Shown: piece by piece, positions 13,434 through 26,448 of the stretch
How positions within the stretch are numbered: the first letter of the stretch is position 1
Layout of the letters: each line of letters starts with the position of its first letter
DNA from: Eledone cirrhosa
Taxonomy: Eukaryota
Assembly: GCA_964016885.1 (NCBI GenBank)
Contig: OZ024752.1
Location: 11,594,001-11,658,000 of the forward strand
DNA length: 64,000 nt
Direction: 5' to 3'
Made by a program: the position numbers and the translations under genes
Notes under the pieces: model-generated
The model's database searches: none
What the model was told of the DNA's origin: nothing
Seen by the model: only the letters and a program-made list of their open reading frames with translations

Positions 13434-14239
13434 CATATATATATATATATATATTAGAAAAGAATGTTGAAAAGAAAAATCTTATCATTGTATCAGTTCA
13501 ACACATGATCTGAGATAAATTCACTTGGAAACACGTACAACTATTTTAGATAACATGCTTCAGAATATTACATCTGAAAAAGAAAAGACGGTGCGGTGAC
13601 GGCTGAAACATTTCAACCATGCCTCTCTTTATTTGGCAACGACCTATCCTACACAACAACAACAAAACCTAGCCTCGTTGAGTACCAGTAATTGTATTTA
13701 TAGTGATATTGTTGTAATCCTTTTTTCGTTTTTTTATTATATATATAATCTGCCATTTTCTTTCCGGTGAAGTTTGTTATTTTTTTTTAAATTATCCTGT
13801 TGTTCTGATTCAACTCTATCTTCTATTTTTCGCATCTACTCAGGATTTACGGAGATATCATTTGTTCTTAAGATGATATTATTAGAGTCTGCTTTTTTTA
13901 TGTTTACGCTAAGTCAACACTGATAATGAAAGGTTTTCCGAGCATTATTAAGCAGTATTCTTGTTTCTAACAGTATATCTATGACTACTTTATCTAATAC
14001 GGGCTTAATTTCCTGAGAGAGGCTAGAACGAGTGAGTTGATGAAGAGCTGATTGCAATGTCTATCAGATTGAAAGGTTGTGTAAAAATTCCCACCTTTGG
14101 GTCGCCCTAAGATAAGCAATGTTATTACCTGTGTTTAAAGGTGTTTGTTTTAAGATGAGATTCTTCAGTCTTACACAAATATTTATCTTCTGCAACATAT
14201 CTTATGTTTACTACATTCTTTTACAACATAATTTGAATG

Positions 14240-14506
<267 letters not shown>

Positions 14507-14507
14507 G

Positions 14508-14541
<34 letters not shown>

Positions 14542-14689
14542 TATAGTGTAGGTAGTACGGGTCCGTAACTCCTATGGGTCATCTTGAGCCAATCCTTGGC
14601 GATACGCGCGTAACAGGTCGATACGCAATAAATATTTTTCATATATAACCGAAACTTCCTCGTTTTTTCTATTATATATATATATAACA

Positions 14690-14873
14690 AAGGAATTGAG
14701 GTAAGGAACCAGATGGACCATAACGCACCAGAATACTCAATACTTAGGGTAGTAGAGTGGGAAATAGGAAAAAGTATGACCCCGACGGCAGAGCTCAAGC
14801 CGTTTCGACGGCTATTTCCAGAAATAGCCGTCGAAACGGCTTGAGCTCTGCCGTTGGGGGTCATACTTTTTCC

Positions 14874-14876
<3 letters not shown>
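14690..14876. mobile_element. Penelope-like remnant ending in a near-perfect palindrome of about 112 bp (14764-14875)
   Basis: ATAGGAAAAAGTATGACCCC...GGGGTCATACTTTTTCCTAT. Related copies at about 7770-7820 and 47571-47750. Confidence 0.7.
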
Positions 14877-14912
<36 letters not shown>

Positions 14913-15348
14913 TAATATGGCCGACTGAATAAGCACATATGTTTTTTTCTGTCCCTTTATTTCTTCCTTGTTCTCCGTTCCTTCCCCATATCACTCATTA
15001 CTTTCTATTCCTCTTCTATTTCTAATACTATATTCTGATGAAGGACTAGTGTCTCTGCCTGCTATTTTAAGCGTTAAACTATTATATTTCTTCCATGTGA
15101 TGTGCCGTTTGTTTTGTTATTTCTGTTTACCTTTTATATATATATTCTTCCTTTACGCTGTTAGAAATAATATATATATATATATATATAAATATATATA
15201 TAAGGTATATTGCCAAATATTCTATACATACATTCATGTATACATCGCTATTTCAGAGCACCAATCCTAATACCTAATTTTTGCTGGACCGGCAATCGCT
15301 CTGTATAATCAGCTCCTGATTATTTCGGCGGAAGCAGGAGAATACGTC

Positions 15349-15388
15349 GCTCTGATGAACGCCAAACAGTATGAAACAGACTGTCAGT
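15349..15388 (+). ncRNA. Minimal hammerhead ribozyme motif
   Basis: GCU-CUGAUGA-ACGC.caaaca.GUAU-GAAA-CAGACUG-UC-AGU. A second copy lies at 60906-60946 (-). Confidence 0.65.
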
Positions 15389-15462
15389 TTCTCTCCTTTC
15401 TTTCGCCGAAAACAAGTAAGTGACATAGTCACTACTTTGAAACTGATAGCGTATGGTCTTCT

Positions 15463-15581
15463 AATTGTTTCTACTTTAGGCACAAGGCCAGCAATTAACC
15501 AGTACATTACTGGTACTTTATTTTATCGACCCCGTAAGGATGAAAGGCAAAGTGATCCTCGGCGGGATTTGAACTCAGAAT
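15463..15581 (-). mobile_element. SINE family A, 5'-truncated
   Basis: Reverse complement of the core and tail. Confidence 0.85.
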
Positions 15582-15585
15582 GAAC

Positions 15586-15655
15586 CATGTATAATGAGGG
15601 ACAGAGACCGCTGGAGAGAACTCGTCTATGGATCTCAGGAATTTTACCCGCCTTA

Positions 15656-15660
<5 letters not shown>
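15586..15660 (+). mobile_element. 3' tip of an RTE-clade LINE (same family as 37755-38302)
   Basis: ATAATGAGGGACAGAGACCGCTGGAGAGAACTCGTC..TTTTACCCGCCTTAG followed by (TA)n. Confidence 0.8.
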
Positions 15661-15745
<85 letters not shown>

Positions 15746-16921
15746 GGAGAGAGAGAGAGCGCTCGTGATGTTTGGTCTAATCAGATTAGAGCAAACATCA
15801 CGGGCGCTCTATCTCAAAATTATTTTTGAAAAGCATTAGAAATGCGCAACCGGTAAAAACTTAAAACTAAAACTGAATACTAACCAATACTTATTACTAA
15901 TTTATACTTATTCCTAATTAAACTATTTTTCACTGGGAAAAATTTGTCAGCATTTTCTTTTCCTTTTTATTAATATATCACAACTCGTGTGTCACACCTC
16001 TATTTTTTTTTAAATATTTATATATATATATATATATATTTGTTATCATATATTTTGTTTTGTCCTGTTTAACTTGATTTGGTTTTTGGCTTGGGTGGTT
16101 AATGCTTTCTTGACCACCTTTTCAGTTTTGTATGGCTTCTTAACACATTGTTTAGCTCTTGTTTTTAACTATTGAGCACTTTGCCAGTATCATTTCTGAT
16201 TGTTGCGTTTCGCTTCGCCTTTCCTGCCCGCCGAAATGCGATTCTAGCTGAATCTTTATTTGTATATATATATGAGGGTATCCCTATGATCGGAGTTAAC
16301 TTGTTTGTTTGGAGAGCAGATTTAAGTTAAATGAATACTCATATCAGTAGCAATTCCAGTAGCTGCACCGGCTGAGTCCGATCATCTCAACTTCTGGGTC
16401 CATTTATTTCAAACTAACAGGAAATATCTTATAACGCTACTTTCAATATTTGCTCGGATCTAAAGCTGTGAGCCAAGCTGACAAACTTCCGCCCGAATAA
16501 TTTGAAACAATCCTAACTTGGTTTAATTTATTATTCTTCAAAGAATATAGCTTTGTTTCAACTTTATGTTCAACGTAATACGTGTTGCTATTCATAACAA
16601 TTTTATCGAGTTACGTTGGGAAGTACTTATTTTCATGAAATATAAAATGTTGGCTTCAAAACATTTTGCTATTCATGATACTTTTTACATATATGAAGAG
16701 AATTTTATTAAGTAACTCGGCTTGATTCAATTTTGTTTGGGTCGAGTTTAGACGGTTTTAGACGGCGTATTATCTCTTTGATCTGTCATTCCTTGTCATC
16801 ATTAACAGTTATCAAATGATGACACACCAAAAGATATAGATTTGTCGCACATATATGTGTTTATTTGTGTGAGAATGTGAGTTTGCGTGTATGTATATAT
16901 ATATATATATAAACACACACA

Positions 16922-16953
<32 letters not shown>

Positions 16954-16983
16954 AAGACATATGTATATAAAACACACACACAC

Positions 16984-17024
<41 letters not shown>

Positions 17025-17031
17025 AACACAT

Positions 17032-17127
<96 letters not shown>

Positions 17128-17518
17128 ACACATATATATAAACACACATATATAAACATATATATATATAAACACACATACACACATATAAACATATATA
17201 TATGTTTATACGTTTATATGTTTATACCTATGTAACATTTATATGTATATATGTACACTTGGAAATCATACGTGACATTAAATTCAAAACTATCAATTGG
17301 TATTTCATGGCTCAATGAAATTTCTATTTCTGTTATATATGAATAGTTTTAAATTTCACATCAGTAGACGTACCTCCATTTTGAAATATTTTTATTTACT
17401 TTACATTCACTTCTTGCCTACTATCGTTACGTTACAACTATCACTTCTCTCTCAGTTTGTATTTCCATTTTTTATATATATATAAAACGGAATTAGGAAT
17501 TTAATTTTATTTTATATA

Positions 17519-17672
17519 CCGTATTTCCCGGCGCCGAAGATGCTTCGTCCTAATTTTGACAAACAAAAATTTGAAAAAAATAGCAAACAACCTTTGGTCT
17601 CCAGGTCACATGGTAGATTTTTTGAGACTTGTTTTAGGGAAAAGGTACCTTCTGCGACGCCGGGAAATGCGG
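17519..17672. mobile_element. Tc1/mariner (Tc2-like) MITE
   Basis: TIR CCGTATTTCCCGGCG...CGCCGGGAAATGCGG. Other copies at 52663-52826 and, partially, at 57390-57494. Confidence 0.75.
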
Positions 17673-17949
17673 CAGTATTTTGCTATTTTTCTGGTCGGTT
17701 TCATAACATATTGATATTCTTCTTGGCGGATAGTAGGACCTCAATGAAATGGTCGAATGACACGTCACGGGTCACTGTTGGTCAGGATTCTCCTCGGGAT
17801 ACCGACCTGACTAGGATGCCCCCTCCCCCTAATAGTAGCAAAGACACCACATGACGACAATTCTATACGCACAATGATGCTTCCGGGATCGCTGGTTTAG
17901 GATAACGCCGGCCTTGTCGAGCCAGAACAAGAAGAAAGAAGAATTTAAC

Positions 17950-18164
17950 ATTGTTTTCTGATTTAGGCACTGGGCCAACAATTTTGGTGGAGGGTAACGT
18001 CGATTAAATCGACCCTAGTGAATTACTGGTACTTTATTTTATCGACCCCGTAAGGATGAAATGCAAACCTAGCCTCGGTAGAATTTTAATTCAGAATTTA
18101 AAGAGATGTAACTCTGCTGTGAAGCATGGTGTCCGACGCTTTGCCGATATTTATAATCCACCGC
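17950..18164 (-). mobile_element. SINE family A
   Basis: Reverse complement of the family consensus. Confidence 0.85.
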
Positions 18165-18407
18165 TCAAGGAATGTATTTGATATTAAAGAGTAAGGCGTA
18201 TTTTCTTTCCGTCCCCACCTCACTAAATAGTTAGTGCTGTAGCTCACTCTATCCTTGATTGCTTAATGTATAAACTATAGATGACATAACTACAATAATC
18301 CTCACATTTTCTGAGCTGTAGATTATGATCATCTTCATAGAAAATATTCATTTGTACGAAACTCATCTCATAGTTGTTCAAAAGACGCTCCTGCTGACAA
18401 TCTATGA

Positions 18408-18570
18408 CAGTCATGGGCAAACTGCGGCCCGTGAGCCGCATGCGGCTTGTTTGGCTCTCTGTATGGCACGCCTAATTCCAAAATGACCTTGAATGTTTTA
18501 GTACTGCGGCCCGCCATATGATAAGCCACATCTTTGCGGCCCACTGCTCGAAAAATGTTACCCATGCCTG
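18408..18570. mobile_element. hAT (Charlie-like) MITE with perfect 8-bp TSD ATCTATGA
   Basis: TIR CAGTCATGGGCAA / TTACCCATGCCTG, GCGGCCC subterminal motifs, and TSD at 18400-18407 and 18571-18578. Confidence 0.9.
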
Positions 18571-18643
18571 ATCTATGACATAATCTTCATTGATGTTCTT
18601 CTTTAACAACATGAAATTGGAAGGCATGATAAAAACATTCCTA

Positions 18644-18735
18644 GTTAACGGCTATATAACGCTGAAAACACCGGTTCTCGTCCGATCGCCCAGGTTAATT
18701 AACATCGAGACTAGTTAGTACTTAGATGAGTATAC
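18644..18735 (+). pseudogene. 3'-truncated 5S rRNA pseudogene
   Basis: GTTAACGGCTATATAACGCTGAAAACACCGGTTCTCGTCCGATC..GTTAGTACTTAGATG matches the 5' three-quarters of metazoan 5S rRNA with scattered substitutions. Confidence 0.8.
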
Positions 18736-18747
18736 CAAGTATTGACA

Positions 18748-18903
18748 GTCGATCGACTTTCGTCAAATCGGACCGAGGAAACAATGTTTCCATTGGTCTT
18801 TCCAATTGCTAATACTATCTATCGGTCACAACTCCAGGTAGAAGGAGCAACGTGAAAAAAGTGTCTTGCTCAAGGACATAACCACACAGCCACGCCCCTT
18901 CAC
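18748..18903 (-). mobile_element. tRNA-derived CORE-type SINE, family B (internally deleted)
   Basis: Reverse complement of TCCTTGAGCAAGACAC core and tRNA head. Related to 37092-37307. Confidence 0.75.
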
Positions 18904-19716
18904 TAGTATATGTTTAGTAAATATGGTAATAATTTTATGGACATAAACCTAGGTTTAAAAAATGGGGCCGGATTTATTGCGAAAGCCTAAACCTCAGTGA
19001 GGCTGGTTTATTTCTAAAAGAGAATTCTAATAAACGGAAATAATGGAGCCAGTCTTCGAACAGTAACCAGATGCCAAGTAATGGCGGCACACTCAAAGAC
19101 ACCTCCAATGAGACAACACCAACGAGATATACCTTGGAGGAGGTCAGCTAAACCTGCATCGGTGTGAGCTGTCACACTCACACACACTCAAAGTGCTTTA
19201 TTCAATAATATTTAGAATACGTTGTTGTTAGATGCTTGACTTATTGAATAGAATAGGACACCGTGACTTGCCTTCTTACTACATTTTGTAAAATGGTTGC
19301 CCTAAGCCGTAGTAATATGGCATAGGTAGAGTCACCTTGGATATTTGTACACATACATTTAACTTTATTCACCATTTGGGAGCAGAAGAGATTGTCTAGT
19401 GTCCCGAGTCTAGTGATGGTACATTGAAACTGCCTATTGTGTCCGTTCTATAAGGAGGGAAAGCAACGATTAACTACTTATGAAGAATGCTTTGAGTAAC
19501 AGTTATAGATATTATTAATTTCCAATTGTGGCAGTTTAGGCAATCTCTGTCTTTGTTGTATGTTAAATGTTAGCCCGTGGCTTTCTTTACTCTCTGATGG
19601 AACCTTTGCATAACACGTGAAGATAAGATTCACCAAACCCTTAAGATATTTTGCTTCATAATCACATGATGAATGGATAATTAACTGTCTCTATTTATCT
19701 CACCATTACATGGGAC

Positions 19717-19774
<58 letters not shown>

Positions 19775-19893
19775 AGAAATGGTTTCTACAGCACTAGAAA
19801 TGTTTCATTCGAAGCCATTTCTATATTAAATATTTATACTCTGCTATGTATTGAGAACTTTACTTACTGTGGTTACCCCCGATTGAACTCGGG

Positions 19894-19963
<70 letters not shown>

Positions 19964-19987
19964 ATATATATATATATATATTTATAC

Positions 19988-20172
19988 CAGACGTATCAAC
20001 ACTCTCCGGCTGAAAGGGATATCTTTCACCAACTTTGGGGTGGGTGAAAAATATCTTCTCTTGTCAAAATGGGCATAGCTTTCATTATGTAAAATCTCCC
20101 TATGTTGCCTTATTTCTCACCGTTTTGGGGCACTTTTTATCATGGTTTGGGTTTTTAGAGGTTGGCAGACCA
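19988..20172. mobile_element. MITE family with CAGACCTGTCAAC-type TIRs (hAT-like)
   Basis: Same internal sequence at 57287-57558 and 61195-61390, with inverted termini. Confidence 0.6.
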
Positions 20173-20215
20173 GATATATATATTTTTATTTTTACTTGGT
20201 AATATTGATATGACA

Positions 20216-20408
20216 ATAATTGTTTCTAGTTTTGGCGCAAGGCCAGCAATTATCCCAGTGTATTACTAGTACTTTATTTTATCGACCCCGTAAGGATGAA
20301 AAGCAAAGTTAACACTGGCGCGATTTGAACTCAGACCATAAAGGGCCGTAACTTTTTGCTGCAAAGCATGACGTCCGACCCTCTACTAATACTGCCAATC
20401 CACCGCCC
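20216..20408 (-). mobile_element. SINE family A
   Basis: Full-length reverse complement. Confidence 0.88.
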
Positions 20409-20804
20409 TTCATATGACAATAACGCACGCCTGTGCCATATGAAAATAAAATCAATGAAAAGTCCTAGATATTTAGTACAACCAGGACTTCGTAATGAAA
20501 GAGGTTCTTTTGATTTTAAGGAAGATATTGTAATTTAAGTACCTGTTGTTGCTACTTTTATCAGATCATGCGATCGCATAACATAATATTTATCGGGCTT
20601 TATCGTAGGAATGGCTTCCTCCTAATACGAGATTTTTCATTGTATAATAAGGTATGTATATTGAGATAAACATGTAAAGATGACAATGCATGCGAAATAA
20701 ATCCTCAGATACAGTCATGCAGTTAAACAACGAATGAACGGTAAGAATAATCGAAATCTCTACATCTGTGTTAGTACTAAATGCAAATATATGTAAAAAT
20801 AATG

Positions 20805-20890
<86 letters not shown>

Positions 20891-21302
20891 TTAAGTATAT
20901 AAGCATGTAAGTATAATTATATTTATATAATTACGTATATAAGCATGTAAGTGTGTGTGTTTATGTAAAGGGAAGGGAGAGAAGAAGTGTTGAAAAGGAA
21001 ACATAAAATACAAAATGATAAATAACAAGACTAAAAATAAAACGAGAGAAAATGGTGTAGATTTATTAGTAAACATACAATGATTTCCACTAATGTACAT
21101 ATATCTATAAAGCCGTATAGATGTGTGTGAGTGTGGAGATGGGACTGTGTGTGTATTTGTGTGTAGCTGTGTGGGCGTGTGTGTGTATAAGTGATTTGAA
21201 GAAGAAGAGATTTAAACTGGGGACGAGCTTAAGAAAGAGAGCACATATATTTAAAATCTTATATAGACATATATGCACACGCACACGCACACGCACACAC
21301 AT

Positions 21303-21406
<104 letters not shown>

Positions 21407-21471
21407 ATAAACTCAAAATAGTCTTTTACAATTAAATAGCTCAAAGAAAGGAATATTTCCGAGCCGTGTAA

Positions 21472-21733
21472 TACAAATAAATATATGATAGGGATAAAAA
21501 CTGATACAAGTATACATGTGTTTGCATTGCAAATGACCAAGTTAGTTAGATTGAAAAATACTAATTAAAATAATACGGTTTGCCTGTCTCGATTTAAAAT
21601 AATAAATCAAAAAAACAAACCTATATTGGCAATATTAGAATTAATTAGTATTTTTCAATCTAGCTAACTTGGTCATTTGCAATGCGAACACCTGTATACT
21701 TGTATCAGTGTTTATCCCTATCATATATTCATT

Positions 21734-21737
<4 letters not shown>
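21472..21737. repeat. Inverted repeat with arms of about 95 bp (probable Penelope-like fold-back)
   Basis: TACAAATAAATATATGATAGGGATAAA...ACTAATTA / TAATTAGT...TTTATCCCTATCATATATTCATTTGTA. Confidence 0.75.
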
Positions 21738-21765
<28 letters not shown>

Positions 21766-21766
<1 letters not shown>

Positions 21767-22856
21767 TAGCATTAAAGCCCGGCGTTGCTCGGGGTCAGTA
21801 AGTTACCAAAGTTAGGTTGCACCACCCATTTTATGGCAGCACTTTTTTGTCTGCCAGGCACTGGGTGAATGAATTGTAGACCTGGACTGCCGAAGCAGGA
21901 GCTGCGCCAGCAATGACAATTGTAGTTTCGCCTATGGATATTATCTCTGTGCAAAGAAGTGTTGAAATTTATTGTTTCACAGTACTTGCGCAACACGCGC
22001 GTAGAGATGCCAGCCGAACAACAGAGCTGCGATGGAGTTGTTCTGCATGGTTGTCTAATGTGTGTTTTCTAAATTAAGACAGTAGGGAGGGGTGTGATAC
22101 GGGGGAGAGTTAGCTGCTGTTTCTAGGAGGTTTAGTGACCTCATAGAGGATCATAGAGGATATGTGTTTTCTAAATTTAAGACAGTAGGGAGGGGGTGAT
22201 ATGGGGGAGAGTTAGCTACTGTTTCTAGCAGGGTTAGTGACCTCGTAGAGGATATTATTGTGTATAGTAAATAAACTGACACATCTTTCTTCCACGTTCG
22301 TTGAGAGATGTTTTAAAAAAGAATTATCGCTATTTTTTTTTTTTGTTGTTGAATAAATTTATCTGTTGCTTTTGAATAATTGTTGTCATTGAAGTAAATA
22401 AATGTTTGACCGTTCCACACTCAAAAACAAAGTTCTCTCTCTATCTCTCTCTCTCTCTCTCTCCCTCTCTCTCCCTCCCTCTCTCTCTCACTCTCTTCTC
22501 TCTCTTCTTCATTTCTTTCTCTCTTCTTTCTTCCGAGTTCCTAAAGGAAGTTTGTAAGGAGTGGTTTAAGCGTATATAAGAGAAAGTTGCAGCATGTATG
22601 TAGTTTTATCGAATTTTAAGGGGAGTAGACAGAGGAAATCAGATTATATTAGAGGAGTAAAGCATCATGGATTTAGTTTTATCGATTATTTCCGTAATTG
22701 TGGATGAGATTGAAAGAAAGAAATAGTCGTTGACCAAAGTTAGACCATTTACAACATTCTTACAGACTTTGAGTCGAATCGGTTTGAAATTGTGCAAATG
22801 TATAAACATGGAACATGTGCACACATACACAACAACAACAATCTGCCTTTTATAGA
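21766..22856 (-). mobile_element. Non-autonomous Helitron
   Basis: 5' A|TCTATAAAAGGCAG; 3' hairpin CCCGAGCAACGCCGGG followed by CTAG|T. No TSD. Confidence 0.7.
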
Positions 22857-22887
22857 TAATGATACGTATATGTATATATACAATACG

Positions 22888-22936
<49 letters not shown>

Positions 22937-23144
22937 TGATCGACATATATATATATCTAAAATAAACACATAAACAATCATAGGGGATAATTTGTAATAT
23001 ATATCTATATATATTTATATACATGTATATTTATATACATGTATTATATAAATATGTATACATGTATGTATGTACATATATATATATTTGCACATATATA
23101 TATATTTATATATATATATAAATATATATATAAATATTTATATA

Positions 23145-23208
<64 letters not shown>

Positions 23209-23241
23209 TTAAGAATAACATGGTTGACAAAACAAACAAGA

Positions 23242-23316
<75 letters not shown>

Positions 23317-23974
23317 CATATATATATTTATATATACATATATATATTTATATATACATATATATATTTATATATACATATATATATTTATATATATACA
23401 TATATATATATATATATTTATATATACATATATATATATATATATTTATATATACATATATATATTTATATATACATATATGTATTTATATATACATATA
23501 TATATTTATATATATATTTATATATACATATATATATTTATATATATATTTATATATACATATATATATTTATATATATATATTTACATATATATATTTA
23601 CATTTACATATATATATATATTTACATATATATATTTATATATATATCAATATATTTATATATATATATATACACACATATATCCCTCCATTTTTTTTTT
23701 TTTTCTAACCGTGTCTCTCCATCACTCGTTTTTCTACTTGCCATCAACTGTAATTTGTTGTAGAGTTGATTTATTTTCTCTCTAACGTTTGTTGTTCTCG
23801 TTAAACCGTGATTTCGTGCCGTCCTTCATATTGGAATCAAGCAGCATGAAGCAGTCTTTGAGTGGCAAGGATAGAAAACTAAAATGACTGACTTAGAAAA
23901 AAAGATATTAGAAAGGCGTAGGGAAAGAAATAAGTGAAGCAATGAATGAGAGAAATGAATTAAGGGAAATATAT

Positions 23975-24996
23975 AAACACATTCACACACACTCATTCAC
24001 ACATAAACACACACACACTCACTCACATACACACACATACACATATTCACACACAGACACAGACACACACTCACTCACACACAGACACAGACACACTCGC
24101 ATACACAGACACTCACACAGACACACTCACATACACATATTCGCACACAGACACAGACACACTCACATACACTCACACATACACACAGACACTCACACAG
24201 ACACACTCACATACACACACTCACACATACACACGCTAACACATACACACAACACACACACAGACACTAACATAGACACACTCACACACATTCACATACA
24301 CACACACACACATTCACACATACAGACACACACACTCACACACATACACATATTCACACACAGACAGAGACACACTCGCATACACACAGACACACAGACA
24401 CTCACATAGACACACTCACATACACACACTCACATAGACACACTCACATACACACACTCACACACACATACACATATTCGTACACAGACACAGACACACT
24501 CGCATACTCACACTCACACAGACACACTCACATACACACACTCACACACACATATACATATTCACACACAGACACAGACACACTCGCATACACACTCACA
24601 CAAACACACTCACATACAGACACTCACACACATACACATATTCGCACAGAGACACAGATACACTCACATACACACACTCAAACATATACACAGACACACA
24701 GACTTTCACACAGACACACTCACACACATTCACATACACACACACACATTTACACATACTCACACACACACAGACACAGACACACACACATACATTCACA
24801 CACACACACATACACACACACACACAGAATCAAACACACTCACACACAGTCAAACACATACACACACATAGCCACACACATAATCTCACACACACAGTCA
24901 AACACACTCACACACACATAGTCACACACACACACAAAGTCAAACACACACCTGCACATGGTCATATTCACATAGTCACTTAGACGTACACAAACA

Positions 24997-24998
<2 letters not shown>
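23975..24998. repeat. Complex CA-rich microsatellite
   Basis: Degenerate (CA)n with CAGA/CACT variants. Confidence 0.95.
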
Positions 24999-25068
<70 letters not shown>

Positions 25069-25329
25069 TTAGAAAAGAAAACCACTTCAAATTGGATTAT
25101 TTGACAAATCGATTCACGTGAAAGTTATACTGTTAAAAGTGATCTGAAAGAACAAATGAATGGTGATTGTAACTCCTGCCGAACCTCACATTCCGGATAA
25201 TGGATGGTTGATGGGAAAAAAATAAAAAAATTAAATATCTATGACCACTTTAATTTGTGACGTATATGGAGAAAAATGTATGGTTGTCAGGTTTAGCAAA
25301 GGGTCGGCCGTGATATTAACAACCTCCCA

Positions 25330-25748
25330 TCTGTAACATCAATGGAGCTAAAGGCGAGCAATGTTCTGCCTCCCGGTGCAGATACAAATTATGCAGTGTG
25401 GAAATGCCTAAACAGACTAAGATCTGGTGACGGCCTTTCCAGACATGAATTGGTCTCTCTGCCTCACATATGGCTTGTATCAAACGTCCTCTTGTGCAAG
25501 ATCTGGTGTCAGACGTGCAAAAGTCACTCTTGCAAAATGTGTATATTTAATGGTTGGAGACGTTGTGTACTGTGGCATCGAACCACAGACTATGCAGCAC
25601 CGCTTGATATGCCTCCTGCTGGAACACCCCTGCACAGCACTGGACTTGGCAGAGTTTAATGAGAAGGACAGCAATGTGTTCAGCTGTGGCGGAACCACAC
25701 CTAGCCAAGCTTTGTAACTGACACTATTGCGGACATGACCAGAAGAAG
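25330..25748 (+). mobile_element. 3' end of a Vingi/Ingi-like LINE (degraded)
   Basis: WKCLNRLRSG..., CGIEPQTMQH..C..PCT..DL C-terminal zinc-knuckle motif and AGAAGAAG tail. Confidence 0.65.
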
Positions 25749-26276
25749 CCGTGATCTAGAAAACCTATGACCAAAGGACAGCAATGTGTTCAGCTCTGAT
25801 GGAACCACATCGCTATTTTAATCTATTTTATTTTTCAATCTATACGTAGAACTGTTGTAACTCATGCGCTTTTGTATTTAATTTGGAAGATTTCCGAGGT
25901 CTTTACTGTTGCTTTCAGCAAGTCAAACAAACGCATAGATGCTCCTTCAGTTTTGTTTTTTATTGCTGTAATAGCTCTCATTTTTTCTTTATCGCTCGTC
26001 AGCCCTAATCTGAGGGACATACAATTGAAAAGCGTTTCAGACGTAACAACAAGTGTCTTCTTTAAATAGACATAGTATACCTATTCCCAGATTTTACAAT
26101 ACATCTCTTTCCTGTTTTAAAGACAACAGGGTGTGATTTGAAGGAGATTTCATTGCTATTTCTAGCATGATAGCTGACCATGCAGGAGCTCTTTCTTTGG
26201 TTCGGTTTTATATTATAAAATTTGTCAGATCCTAAACCGCTTGGATAAAGTTTGCAAGAAGTCTTTATTGAAGCAC

Positions 26277-26400
26277 GACGCGTGTGGCTTAGTGGTTAGA
26301 GAATAGGATGTGAGGATGCGAGTTCGACTCCTGACCACACGATGCGTTATGTCCTTCAGCAAGACACTTTATTTCACGTTGCTCTTTTTGCCAGGAGTTG
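26277..26400 (+). mobile_element. SINE family B (CORE-type) 5' part
   Basis: GTGGCTTAGTGGTTAGAG A-box, GAGTTCGACTCC B-box and CAGCAAGACACTTT core. Confidence 0.75.
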
Positions 26401-26448
26401 CGACCGTTAGATAGTATCAGCAATGTAACAGGTGTTTCATTAGTAGGG

